Assembly: GCA_043228905.1 (NCBI GenBank)
Contig: JBHGNT010000015.1
Coordinates: 14,384,001-14,448,000 of the forward strand
Direction of reading: 5' to 3'
DNA from: Azolla caroliniana
Taxonomy: Eukaryota; Plantae; Polypodiophyta
Length of the DNA stretch: 64,000 nucleotides
Position 1 is the stretch's first letter; every line of letters starts with the position of its first letter. Below, one piece after another: positions 1-11,640 of the stretch. Both the position numbers and the translations under genes were made by a program. The notes under the pieces were generated by a model. The model ran no database searches and was not told the origin of the DNA. It was given only the letters and a program-made list of their open reading frames with translations.

Positions 1-266
1 GGAAGATACGTGCGTCGATTGGGCCACAGAGTGAAGGTCTACGATGTCGAGATTGATCAACACTTATTCATGCAGGAGACGTCTTCCCATTTGGTAATTC
101 TAGGCGAACCCTACATCATGGTGGCCTGGATGGAAACCAAGGTGCTGGACAACGGCTCGGCCTACGCGTATGTAAAAAGTCTGGACGGTCGGCACTCCGT
201 CCAGTTCTTGACGGTCCGGCCAAACCACGAGCGGAATCGGGATTCTCTTGGCGACGAAGGCCGAGA

Positions 267-332
267 GGATTTTTGAAGAGGGCTATCAAGGCGTGGGGCT
301 GGGATAGTCCGGACAGCCAGAGGAAACCCCAC
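267..332 (+). promoter_or_regulatory. Putative -1 programmed ribosomal frameshift signal (G_GAU_UUU slippery site plus H-type pseudoknot)
   Basis: GGATTTT 267-273, TGA 274-276, stem1 GGGCTATC(280-287)/GATAGTCC(303-310), stem2 GTGGGG(293-298)/CCCCAC(327-332). The downstream ORF 273-644 is in the -1 frame. The same arrangement occurs at 7895-7958(-) and 29973-30038(+). Confidence 0.75.
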
Positions 333-1282
333 ACTTGTACCATAAGTACGAAATTTTGGCTCTCCGAACACAGAGATTGTACAATAGCCGGTATCGGTGG
401 ACCCATACGTCTGAAGCAAGTTGAAAGACATTTGAAGGAATGTGGAGCCTTGGACCCGAACGATTCGATTAGCAGCGCCATGGAGGCAGTCTCATTCGTC
501 GACACCCTGGGGGAAATCAAGAGGGTAGTCGAGGAGGATCTGAGCGAAGATCGGATCATACTGGTTAATTCGGTCGAGCTGTACGAAGTCATCGTCGACT
601 TTGGGAGGATGGTCAGGTTGGATCGGATGGCCAGAGTAAATTAGAAATACAAGAATATGGATTAGAAAGTGAGGCTATCGCGGGTCCCTTGCCCGACGAT
701 AGCTGGGAGCGGATGAAGGGGGTTGCGACAGACCTCAGTTTGTGAGATCTGGCTAACACAAGACATTGGTTTATCGACGAGAAGCTACGGGAGCTGAAGA
801 TCGGTGGGGGTGGCTTCCTACTGCCGACGGAGGAGGACTAGTTTCAGAGTATGCTTGGGAGGCATGGGAAAGCCTTCGCATTCTCGTTGGGGGAGATCGG
901 GTGCGTCGACCCGAAAATCGTGGAACCAATGGTGATCTTCACATTCCAGTACCGAGAGCTCACATCCCGAAGCTAATGGAGCTGCTCAAGCAGAAGGTCG
1001 AAATGGGTATCCTTGAACTGTCGAGTACCCCTTATTCGAATATGCTTTACGATGCCGAAGAAGAAGGACACACTGTGCTTCATTTAGGACCTGCAGTCGG
1101 TCAACAAAGTGGCCATTTGGAATGCCAAGATCGGTAGGGATCTGCCCAACGATTGATGAGTTCGCATAGGACTTCACTGGAAGGTCGATCCAATCGATCG
1201 GGGACCTATACTCAGGGTATGACCAATTCCAGTTGGTCGTGGAAAGTGGGGATATCACGATGATGTGAACCCCTCTTGGCGT

Positions 1283-2099
1283 AGTTTGGAAACAGGTCCC
1301 TCCGGATGCGAAGGGAGAAGAACAGTGCTGATGAGCAAACACGGCTGAGGCCGAAATCAGATGAGAAGTAACCGGCTACGGAGAGCCGGATAGCGCAGAC
1401 CCGGTGAGAACCGGATGAGGAGTACCCGGCTACGGAGAGCCGGATGGCGCAAACCCGGTGAGAACCGGATGAGGAGTACTCGGCTACGGAGAGCCGGATG
1501 GCGCAGACCCGGTGAGAACCGGATGAGGAGTACTCGGCTACGGAGAACCGGATGGTGCAGACCTAGTGAGAACCGGATGACGAGTGCCCGGCAAGATCCG
1601 GATGATGCAGGCCCGGTGAGGAGCGCTCTCCGGATGAAGAGACATATTCGTAAATATGTTTCTGAGAGTCCATCGTGGCTATAATTGTAAATAGCCGAAA
1701 AGTCATATTAGTATAAATATGACTTAGGGCAAACTTTTGCTGGGGGCTGTTATCATTCTTGTTGGTGCAAGACTAGAGAGCCAGTAACAGTGTACAGAGA
1801 GAGAGAGAGAGAGAGAGAGGAAGAGGTCGTTGCCTCTATTGTAACCTCCACCTGTGGCGAAGATCGTGAGCACGAGGTTGTTGCCTCTGTGAACTCACTG
1901 TTGTAATCATTGTGATATAGTGATAGTTTGGAGTCGGTGGACTTCCATGGTTTTTCCCTCTCAGGGTTTTTCCACGTTAAACATCCTGTGCACTCTTCTC
2001 TCTCACCTTTGTGTCGTGCGTTCATTACCTGTTTTCTGTGTTTGATTTTAGACTCGGTTGTGGCCGAGCGTTGTTCACCGGAGCATGTAGTTCCTATCA
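1283..2099 (+). repeat. 5' LTR of C1, with a 54-bp CCGG-rich tandem array (~1357-1620), TATA module and (GA)n
   Basis: Direct repeat of 6116-6926. Ends ...CCTATCA just before the PBS. Unit CCGGATGAGGAGTACCCGGCTACGGAGAGCCGGATGGCGCAGACCCGGTGAGAA has period 54. Confidence 0.93.
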
Positions 2100-2130
2100 A
2101 AGTGGTATCAGAGCGAGGTTACATAGAAAA

Positions 2131-5100
2131 ATGGATGATTAGTTGGGAGGCATGTTCAAGCTCACCGGCTCCAACTATTCGGTGTGGAAGTCGAAGATGA
2201 GGGACATGCTCGTGGTTAAAGATCTTTGGCTGCCGGTTCAGTTCGGGGACAAGAGACTGGACAAAATCAACGCCGCGATATGGGAGGTGATGCACATGAA
2301 GACAACGGCGTACATACGGTGCTTCATCGACATGAGTCTATACAACAACTTCAATGAAGAGAGCAAGGCTCATGAGCTCTGGGAGAAGATCGGCATTATG
2401 TTTCAAAACAAAAATGCTGTTAACCAGGTTTCGGTATTCCGGAAGCTAGTAAGACTCCGGTACCAAGATGGCTCTAGCATGGCGGAGCACATGAATGCCT
2501 TCCAGGGGCTGATACACCAGGCAACATCATTGGAAGTACGTCTCGCCGATGAGGTACTAGCACTACTCCTGCTCAGTTCCCTCCTGGATAGCTGGGAGAC
2601 GTTGGTTGTCACCTTGGGCAACGCCGGGCTGGAAGGGAAACGGTTATCCCTAGCAAGAGTGAAATCGAGCTTGCTAGATGAGGAGGCATGTCGGAAAGAT
2701 AAGGATACGAGCTGCGACTCCAAAGCGCTCCTTACCGAATCCGAACGCGGAAGACAAAGGAGCCGTAGTCCCCAGAACCGGGAAAAGTCGGGGACGCGGT
2801 CAAAGTCAAGGGGGAGGCCTACTTGCTTCTATTGCGGCAAGCCGGGACACTTTCAAAAGAACTGTCGGCATTTCCGAAAAGACAAGGAATCCGACGACAC
2901 CGATTTGTAGCGGACTTTGGACCGGAACGGTAAAGACAGGAGGGGAACGAACCGGAAGGGAACAACGGCAATCGCGGCAAGTGAAGAAGAGTTGATGCTC
3001 ATCACCGAGGAGAGTGAGATAAACCTTGCCGGCGACGAGCTGACCTGGGTGGTCGATTCCGGAGCGTCGTTCCACCTTACCCCGGACCGCAAATGCTTCT
3101 CATCCTACACAGTCGGTGATCACGGTTGTGTCCGGATGGGGAATGAAGGTACATGCCGAATTGTCGGCATAGGAGACGTGTGGTTGACAACACCAACCGG
3201 ATGCAAGTTGCTGCTAAAGGATGTCCGACACGTTTCGGAGGTTCGCCTGAACCTGATATCAACCGGTCGGCTAGATGATGAAGGCTACATGGGTAGCATC
3301 CAGAATGGTGTCATGAAGTTCAGCAAAGGAAGCTTGATTGTGGCTCGGGCCCGGAAGGTCAACACGTTGTACCTGATTTATGGCCGGTTATGTTCGGAGG
3401 AAGTGAACGTGGCATCTGACACTGCGTGGCAGAAGAGGCCGTGTCACATGAGCGAGAAGGGGATGAAGAGGCTTGGAGAAGTGCACTGATTGTCTGGCCA
3501 GTAAACAAAACCGGACCTCCTTCCGATCAAGGCCACCGATGAGACGTAATGCACCACTAGAGTTGGTGCATACTCATGTGTGTCAAGTGGACACGACGTC
3601 ACATGCCGGAGCGCAATACTTCGTGACGTTCATAGATGACCACAGCCGGAAACTGTGGGCCACACCGTTGAAGACGAAGGATCAGGTGTTATCCATTTTC
3701 AAAGAGCTCCACGCGAGAGTGGAAAGAGAAACCGGCCGGAAGCTAAAGGTGATTCGAGCTGATAACGGAAGTGAATACTGGGGGCAGTTTGAGGAGTACT
3801 GTCGCTCGAAGGGAATCCGACTCGAATTTACCGTGCCAAAGACGTCAGAACTAAATGGGCTGGCCGAGAGGATGAACCAGACCATAATGGAGAGGGTCCG
3901 GAGTATGCTGGCGCATGCAAAACTACCCAAGAAGTTTTGGGCTGAGGCACTGTCAACGACGACATATGTGATAAATAGATCACCCTCAGTACCCTTGCAC
4001 GGAGACATGCCATAGAGAGTCTGGACCGGTAAGGAAGTGTCCTATCGGCATCTGAAGGTATTCGGGTGTCTCACGTATGTGCATGTAGCTAAGGACCGGA
4101 GAGGAAAGTTAGATCCAAAGACCCGGCCATGCATATTCCTCGGTTACGGCGACGATGATTTCGGCTACCGAGTGTTGGACCTGGTCGACAAGAAGGTATT
4201 CCGGAGTCGAGATATTATCTTCATGGAGGACAAGACGCTCACCGACTAGGAGTCGGAGAAGAAGATAATGAACTCCGAGTCAACCGGTAAGGATCGATTC
4301 TACGATGAACAGACCCAACCGACAACAGACCGGTTAGCACTCGAGGAACCAGCCGGTTACGGTGAGGATACCGAACTGGCAGAAGAAAAAGTAAAGGAAG
4401 CTGAAATCGGAACCGGCCAAGACCCCGAATCGGATTCGGATGAAAAGCAAATGGAGGAGCCGGTCACCGAAGCCCAAGGACGGAGATATCCTCTTAGAGA
4501 GAGAAGGCCCCCCCGGAGATTTCCGGAGGCAGAGCATGTGCTGCTGACCAATGAGGGGGAGCTAGAAAGCTTCGAAGAAGCGAAGGATGACACCCACAAC
4601 CGCAAATGGTTAAGTGCCATGCAGGATGAGATGGATTCCCTGCATGAGAACCATACGTATGAATTGGTGGAGTTGCCGAAAGGAAAGCGGGCACTCCGAA
4701 ATAAGTGGGTGTATAAGTTGAAACCGGGAGATTCCGGCAACCCCCCAAGATACAAAGCCAGGATCGTGGTGAAGGGGTTCCAGCAGAAGAAGGGCGTGGA
4801 CTTCGACGAGATATTTGCCCCGGTAGTAAAGATGACCTCCATCCGGATGGTGCTGAGTATAGCGGCAAGCATGGACCTCGAGGTAGAACAGCTAGACGTG
4901 AAGACGACATTTCTTCACGGTGACCTTGAAGAGGAGATCTACATGCAGCAACCGGAAGGATTCGTGGAGAAAGGGAAGGAGCACCTGGTATGCCGGTTGA
5001 GGAAGAGCCTGTACGGACTGAAGCAGGCTCCCCGACAATGGTATCGGAAGTTCGACTCCTTCATGGCCGATCAAGGGTACCACAAGACGCAGGCCGATCA

Positions 5101-6105
5101 CTGCGTGTTTGTGAAGAAGTTTGAAGGAGGCAACTTCCTGATACTCCTTCTGTACGTGGATGACATGTTGATCGTCGGACGGGACCAAGTCAAAATACGG
5201 ATGCTGAAGAAGGCTCTCAATCAGACTTTCTCAATGAAAGACTTGGATCCGGCAAGACAGATGATGGGGATGCATATTATCCGGAACCGGTCAGTGAAGC
5301 AATTGTGGTTGTCAGAGGAGAAGTACGTGACAAGGGTGCTTCACCGGTTCAACATGTCAGATGCGAAACCGGTCGGATCGACACTTCCGGCAAACTGCAG
5401 GTTATCCGGTAAGCAAAGCCCGACGATGAAAGCAGAGAAGGCGGATATGATGAAGATTCCATATGCCTCTGCCGTCGAGAGCTTAATGTACACAATGGTG
5501 TGTACCCGACTGGATATAGGATACGCAGTCGGAGTGGTGAGCCGGTTCATGAGCAATCCCGACAAGGAGCACTGGAACGCGGTCAAATGGATACTCCGAT
5601 ACTTGAAGGGCACTTCGAATATGTGTCTCCGATTCGGCTCCGGAAAACCTCAACTTGACGGTTTTACCGATTCGGACATGTCGGCTGATGCGGATACCAG
5701 CCGGTCTACATCCGGGTATGTAATGACATATGCAGGGGGAGCTGTTTCGTGGCGTTGTCAACGACGGAGGTGGAGTACATGGCGGATGTGGAAGCCGGCA
5801 AGGAAATATTATGGATGAAGAACTTCATTGGAGAGCTCGGTATCCGGCAAGATGAATACCGGCTCTATTGCGACAATCAAAGTGCCATCCACCTTGCTAA
5901 GAATGCGGCCTACCATTCCCGGACGAAGCATATTCAGCGAAGGTATCACTGGATCCAGGAAAGAGTAGATAACCAGGAGTTCGCGCTGACGATGATCTAC
6001 ACGGTCGAGAACGGGTCAGATATGTTGACCAAAGTACTGATACCAGAGAGGCTGGATGCATGCCGGAAGCGAGTCGGACTAGTATGACATCCCATGACGG
6101 AGTGA
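2131..6105 (+). pseudogene. Disrupted gag-pol polyprotein of C1
   Basis: ORF pieces 2143-2910, 2917-3489, 3473-4015, 4037-4249, 4268-5818 and 5749-6087 are colinear with the intact 1358-aa polyprotein at 24304-28380, with in-frame stops and small deletions. Confidence 0.92.
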
Positions 6106-6115
6106 AGGGGGAGTT

Positions 6116-6926
6116 TGTTAGGAAACATGTCCCTCCGGATGGGAAGGGAGAAGAACAGTGTTGATTAGCAAACTCGGTCGAGGCCGAAACCGGATGAGGA
6201 GTACCCGGCTACGGAGAGCCGAATAGTGCAGACCCGGTGAGAACCGGATGAGGAGTACCCGGCTACGGAGAGCCGGATGGCGCAGACCCGGTGAGAACCG
6301 GATGAGGAGTACTCGGCTACGGAGAGTCGGATGGCGTAGACCCGGTGAGAACCGGATGAGGAGTACTTGGCTACGGAGAGCCGGATGGTGCAGACCCGGT
6401 GAGAACCGAATGACGAGTGCCCAGCAAGATCCGGATGATGCAGGCCCGGTGAGGAGCGCTCTCCGGATGAAGAGACATATTCATAAATATGTTTCTGAGA
6501 GTCCATCGTGGCTATAATTGTAAATAGCCGAAAAGTCATATTAGTATAAATATGACTTAGGGCAAACTTTTGCTGGGGGCTGTTATCATTCTTGTTGGTG
6601 CAAGACTAGAGAGCCAGTAACAGTGTACAGAGAGAGATAGAGAGGGGAAGAGGTTGTTGCCTCTATTGTAACCTCCACCTGTGGCGAAGATCGTGAGCAC
6701 GAGGTTGTTGCCTCCGTGAACTCACTGTTGTAATCATTGTGATATAGTGATAGTTTGGAGTCGGTGGACTTCCGTGGTTTTTCCCTCTTAGGGTTTTTCC
6801 ACGTTAAACATCCTGTGCACTCTTCTCTCTCACCTTTATGTCGTGCGTTCATTACCTGTTTTTTGTGTTTGATTTTAGACTCGGTTGTGGCCAAACGTTG
6901 TTCACTGGAGCGTGTAATTCCTATCA
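6116..6926 (+). repeat. 3' LTR of C1
   Basis: TGTTAGGAAAC...CCTATCA following the PPT; direct repeat of 1283-2099. Confidence 0.93.
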
Positions 6927-7200
6927 AAAAGTACTGAGTGAACAACAGTGAGGGTATGCCTTGGTTAAGCGTGAACTGTGGGGTATCGTTTCGGTGGTCA
7001 AGGCCAACAAAGACTACTTGATCGGGGCAGAGGTTATAATCGAGACGGACTACCTACCGATTCTCAGTATGGTTTTCAGATGCGCGACTCCAGACCTGGT
7101 GTTGCTCAGGTGGATCACATACATCAAGTCCCTAAATCCAGAGATACGGCACATCTCCGTAAAGGACAATGCCATGGCTAATATGCTTTCAAGAGCACGG

Positions 7201-10200
7201 TGTCGTGAAGATCCGTCACTACGCACGGATCGTGAGGCGGAACCACCAGGGTTCTAGACCGGAAGGACTCGAAGTTTGTACTAGCTTTAGTGAGAAAGGA
7301 ATTAAGATAGATTGAAAGAGAGAGAGATTCAGATAAGATAGAACACTTGACTTTAGATTGAAGAACAAGATTGATACATCAATTGGATAACAAATTTCTT
7401 ACCAACTCGTAGCTTCCCCTTCGTCTCTTTGGTGAAGACATGACCTATTGTCTTCGGATCTCTTAAGCTTGGATCGTTAGCGACTTCCTTCATCTTTTGC
7501 CAACTATCTTCCATTAACGGAACCGTAACTGGCTTAATCTTCCTATCCACCGTTTTATATTTTGTGTTGATGTCAGCTTCCTTCATCAAGATGTTTCGAT
7601 GATATTCATTGATGATAGCGTACATGTTGATGGAGCTAACCGAAATCATGCGATGATCGTGTAGGTAGCTGAAGTCCACGACATCCTCGATTTCGCCAAT
7701 TGTGTCGTTAAATGAGGCTTCTTCCATAATATGAGTCATGAACTCTTCTTTTTCTATTATGTTTTCTTCTTTCAGCATCTTCTCGAAGTCTTGTATCCGA
7801 CACATGTCCTTCTTGTCGGGTAGTACTAGTTTATATGCGCCACTAGGTGTGACACATGTTGCTTCTCCTCGCAATCCACGCGCTCTACTCTCTTGTGGGG
7901 ACTTGTGATCGCTCGGACTATTTGTGCCCCATGTTTCAATAGCCTGCTCTAAAAATCTAAGGATTCGCCTCCAAGACTATCTCAATTTCTTTCATGATTA
8001 GCTCGCACCGTTAGGAATTGAACAGATCTTTGATTGTCAAGACTCTTGATTCGTGCGAAGGTTGCTCCATTATCGAACACCTTGGTCTCCATCCAGGATG
8101 ATGTGATATACGGTTGTCCTAGGATGACAGGATGCGACGCCAATTCTTGCATGAAGAAGTGTTGATCCATCTCCACATCCCCGACCGTGACTTTAACATA
8201 GGGACAAGCTCCGTACAAGTCCTTCGTAGACTTTGTTGCCACTCGAATCTTCCATCCGTGGTTTGTATTGATTGGCCATCTTCCTTTTTTGTAGAACTCG
8301 GTTGACATGAGGTTGATCTCCGAGCCATGGTCGATCAAGGCTACCACGGTCTCTTTCTTCTCCCCGATCTTCACTGGTGTCTCCGTTGTCGCTTGTGCCC
8401 AATGAGGTCGAGCATAGTGGCTGTCAACCATATCTTCATCGACTTCGTCCCTTGTCATTGTTATGGCATTTGTCTTTGCTTTTTGTGGCTTCTCTTCTTC
8501 CTCGTCCAATTGTTGTCGTTTTCTCTTTACAAGGTCCACGATCGTGTCATGGAACTCCTTCTTCATAATGCCGAGTAATTCCCTCAAGGACAAAGTGACA
8601 TGGCTATCAAGAACGCGTTCCTCGAGAATCTTCTTCAGGTCTGTCGTCTACTCTATGTCCGACCTTAGCTTATAGCTAGGCATAGTTCTTGTCTTCCGAG
8701 CGGGGTCTTCAACACCAACCTTCACAGGTCGAACCGTTTCTTTGACTCGTTTACTTGACTCTTCTTTCCAGCTTGAGTCTCCATCCTCCGTTTGTAAAGC
8801 TCGAGTTGCTTCTACATCTTCTTTCTTCTTCGTGCTCCTTGTTTCATGTCTTTTTGATGGGCTATCTTGCCCTTCCATTCTTTTTCTCTTTTCATCCACG
8901 AACACCTCGTGGTTGTCACACATCATTTCCACGAGTATGGTGTTGTCATCTACCGGATCCGACCATCCGGTTATACTTTGTACACTTCGATCCGCAAGCT
9001 CTACCTCGTTCGAAGTGACTTTTCCCTTCTTCTCATACTCAAAAACGGTAGACCAAAACTTTGTTCCCGTTCTAGCAGCTTCATTTTTATATTTTCTGAC
9101 TCTAATTCCAGCCGTTGCAGCATAGTGCATCGCATCCACATGAGTCGCCTCAACATCTTCCATAGATTTCTTCATTCCCCCTCTTCCGAAATTCACCCGC
9201 AGGGGTCTTTGAGTTTCAGTCGAGCAGATCATGTTGTCATCCATGTATACAATATTTTGTCGGATCGCCTCTCGAAGGCTCGCGCAATCCCTTCTCATGT
9301 GGTCCATGCTATCGCACCACACGCATCTAAAGGGTTCTTTTCCTTTGGGGCCCCGACGATTCATGTTGGCTAGCGTGACCATCTCGAACTTCTTTGCTAG
9401 CTCTTCGATGATGTCGTTATCAATCTTCTTTTCTTCCGGGCTGCTTTGTTTGGGCGGCTCAGCTACTTTCGGTTGCCTTGTTTTCTCCACGACAGTCGAT
9501 CCCGCCAAGTCGGTGTCATCAACCCACTGACGACGCTTGTCGAGCCTAGTGCATGCTTGCTTCACCGCAACCCAGTTCGCCACAAGCCCGTTCGCTTGGG
9601 TATCATCTTCGAGGAGAGTACCCAGTTCTCGTCTATCCTTCATATCCACAGCCTTTAGGAAGTACAAAGTTTTGTCCTCCTCAAGTAACATTTGGTCAAT
9701 GGCGAGGAAACGACAAAACATTTGGTCGAACTCGTCGTACACCCTCGAAGCACGCATGATCCTCTTATTCTTCTTTTCTATCCACTTCATCAAGGCATGT
9801 CGAGTCATTCTTGACAAATCTTCCGTCGCGAACTTCGCTAGTATCACTTTCTCGAACTCCGACCACGTTGTCTTCCCTTCTTGAAGCTCGATGACGCGCC
9901 TTTGGGTGTTGTTGGAAACTTGTGATTTGACGTGCTTTAGACACGTCCCTCTGATTCATCTCCCTTTTGTATGCATCAAGGAACTTTGTAATGTTCCTTC
10001 CATCAAATTGACCCTCGAGCTCAACGACACGGTCAACAGCCTTCTCCACGCTTGCATCGTTGTCTTGAGATCTCATCATTTGTTCGACGATCAGCATCAT
10101 CCTTTCGAACTCTCCCACTTGGTTGCTTGAGGATGTCATCTCCAAGTATCGGTTGATCCTTGATTTGATCATTCTTGCCGCCTCTTTCATGTCAGGTTCA

Positions 10201-11357
10201 CCATTTAATTATGTCGTGAAAATCCGTCACTACGCACAGATCGTGAGGCGGAACCACCGGGGTTCTGGACGGGAAGGACTCGAAGTTTGCACTAGCTTTA
10301 ACGAGAAAGGAATTAAGATAGATTGAAAGAGAGAGAGATTGACATAAGATAGAACACTTGACTTTAGATTGAAGAACAACATTGATACATCAATTGGATA
10401 ACGAATTTCTTACTTTTAATTTCTTGATTAATACATCGCCCCCCCCTTTTGTCTTTTTCAACCCCTGTTTTATAGACACCCCCATGCATATGATGCATGT
10501 GAGGCTACAAGACATGCATATAATGCATGTGATGCATGTGATGCATGTTTGCCATTTGGCGCTCATGCATTACATTTGATGCATGATAACCATGTCACTC
10601 AATCAAGCTCTAATATGAGAATTTACATGTAAAAGTATAATGATAGAAAAAACATTTTTAAGCAAATGACTTAGCTTAGTGGTAAGTCTATTGCCTCCTA
10701 TCTTGGAGGTGCAAGGTTCAAGCCTCCTATCTTGGAGGTACAAATTTCTAATAGGTTTTTTAGTCTAGATGATTTTGTTCATTTCACACTAAAATCGTCG
10801 TGATTAACCTATCCGAGCGATCCGTCTATCCGGTCGGGTTCCGACCTGGTGATTTGGTCTATCCGGTCAGGTTCCGGTCCTGGTCCCGGTTCGATCGCTG
10901 TCACCGTCCGGTTCTGGATCCGGTTCGATCACTGTCACCGTCCGGTTCTGGATCCGGTTCCGGTTTCGTCGCCGTCCGGTCACCCAAAACCATTACGAGC
11001 AGTTAAGCCACAGTTTAGCCCAAGAACAATCTGTGCTCCACTCATAGACAAAAATTTATAAGTTTTGGCTCTGGTTATATACTGTGGGATCCTGATTTGT
11101 CCTATCTATGTGGGATATCTCACAATTTTGTTTTTCTCTTTTTCTTCTCAAACTTCACACTCACATAACTTGACACTAAGTTGTACATTTCACATGTAGT
11201 AAAATGCATTCGGAAGCTCTTGAAGACATCCATCTTTTCGTACCAAGATATAAAATAATATCTACATTATTATTGTTTCATATTGTGTGTGAAGAACCAC
11301 ACTCGATTTTGTACGTTCCATGCAATTTTCACACCGTTCCCGAAAATCTTCATGACA
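7201..11357 (-). mobile_element. Internally deleted Ty3/gypsy element G4, nested in the RNase H region of G1
   Basis: Termini TGTCGTGAA/TTCATGACA with 4-bp TSD ACGG (7197-7200, 11358-11361); the host frame SRAR|FENEDD is restored when the insert is removed. 5' LTR 10212-11357. 3' LTR truncated to 7201-~7402, matching 10212-10412. Gag with CVWCDSMDHMRRDC knuckle, protease LIDHGSEINLM, pol start TKYKTVDRKIKPV; RT to integrase deleted. Confidence 0.9.
10186..10203 (-). promoter_or_regulatory. Primer-binding site complementary to the tRNA-Trp 3' end
   Basis: Minus strand TGGTGAACCTGACATGAA versus the complement of plant tRNA-Trp(CCA) 3' end as I recall it, TGGTGAACCCGACGTGAA. Both mismatches are CpG-deamination type. 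Lies 8 nt inside the LTR end. Confidence 0.72.
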
Positions 11358-11640
11358 ACGGTTCGAGAACGAGGACGACATGGTGTCGGAGAACGAAGAA
11401 GTCAGTGTGGATTTCTTCGAATCGGCCCAAATGTCGGTGAACAATCAAAGCACTCTGTCCTTGAATGAGTTCTGCGAGGACGATTACGACGGGGAGTAGC
11501 TTCAAATAAGGCGGTTCCTAAGCACGATGGCGCCGGATGTGGACGAAAGAGGAAACGGGTTGGATTAGGAAGAAGGCTTACCGGCACTTCCTACAGGACG
11601 GGAAGGTCGGGCGACATTCAAAGTAGCGAACCAGCACACC

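Larger units (their letters stand above)
1283..6926 (+). mobile_element. Ty1/copia LTR retrotransposon C1 (Tnt1/Tto1-like), full length but mutated
   Basis: LTRs 1283-2099 and 6116-6926. PBS TGGTATCAGAGC (tRNA-iMet) 2103-2114. PPT GAAGGGGGAG before 6116. Domain order gag (CFYCGKPGHFQKNC), protease (WVVDSGAS), integrase, RT (LLYVDDML), RNase H. No matching TSD. Confidence 0.95.

Noticed and set aside
1415-1684. Repetitive small ORFs (MRSTRLRRAGW...) in LTRs, also 6248-6517, 23693-24145 and 28514-28966
   Set aside because: By-products of tandem arrays and LTR duplication; no independent coding evidence.
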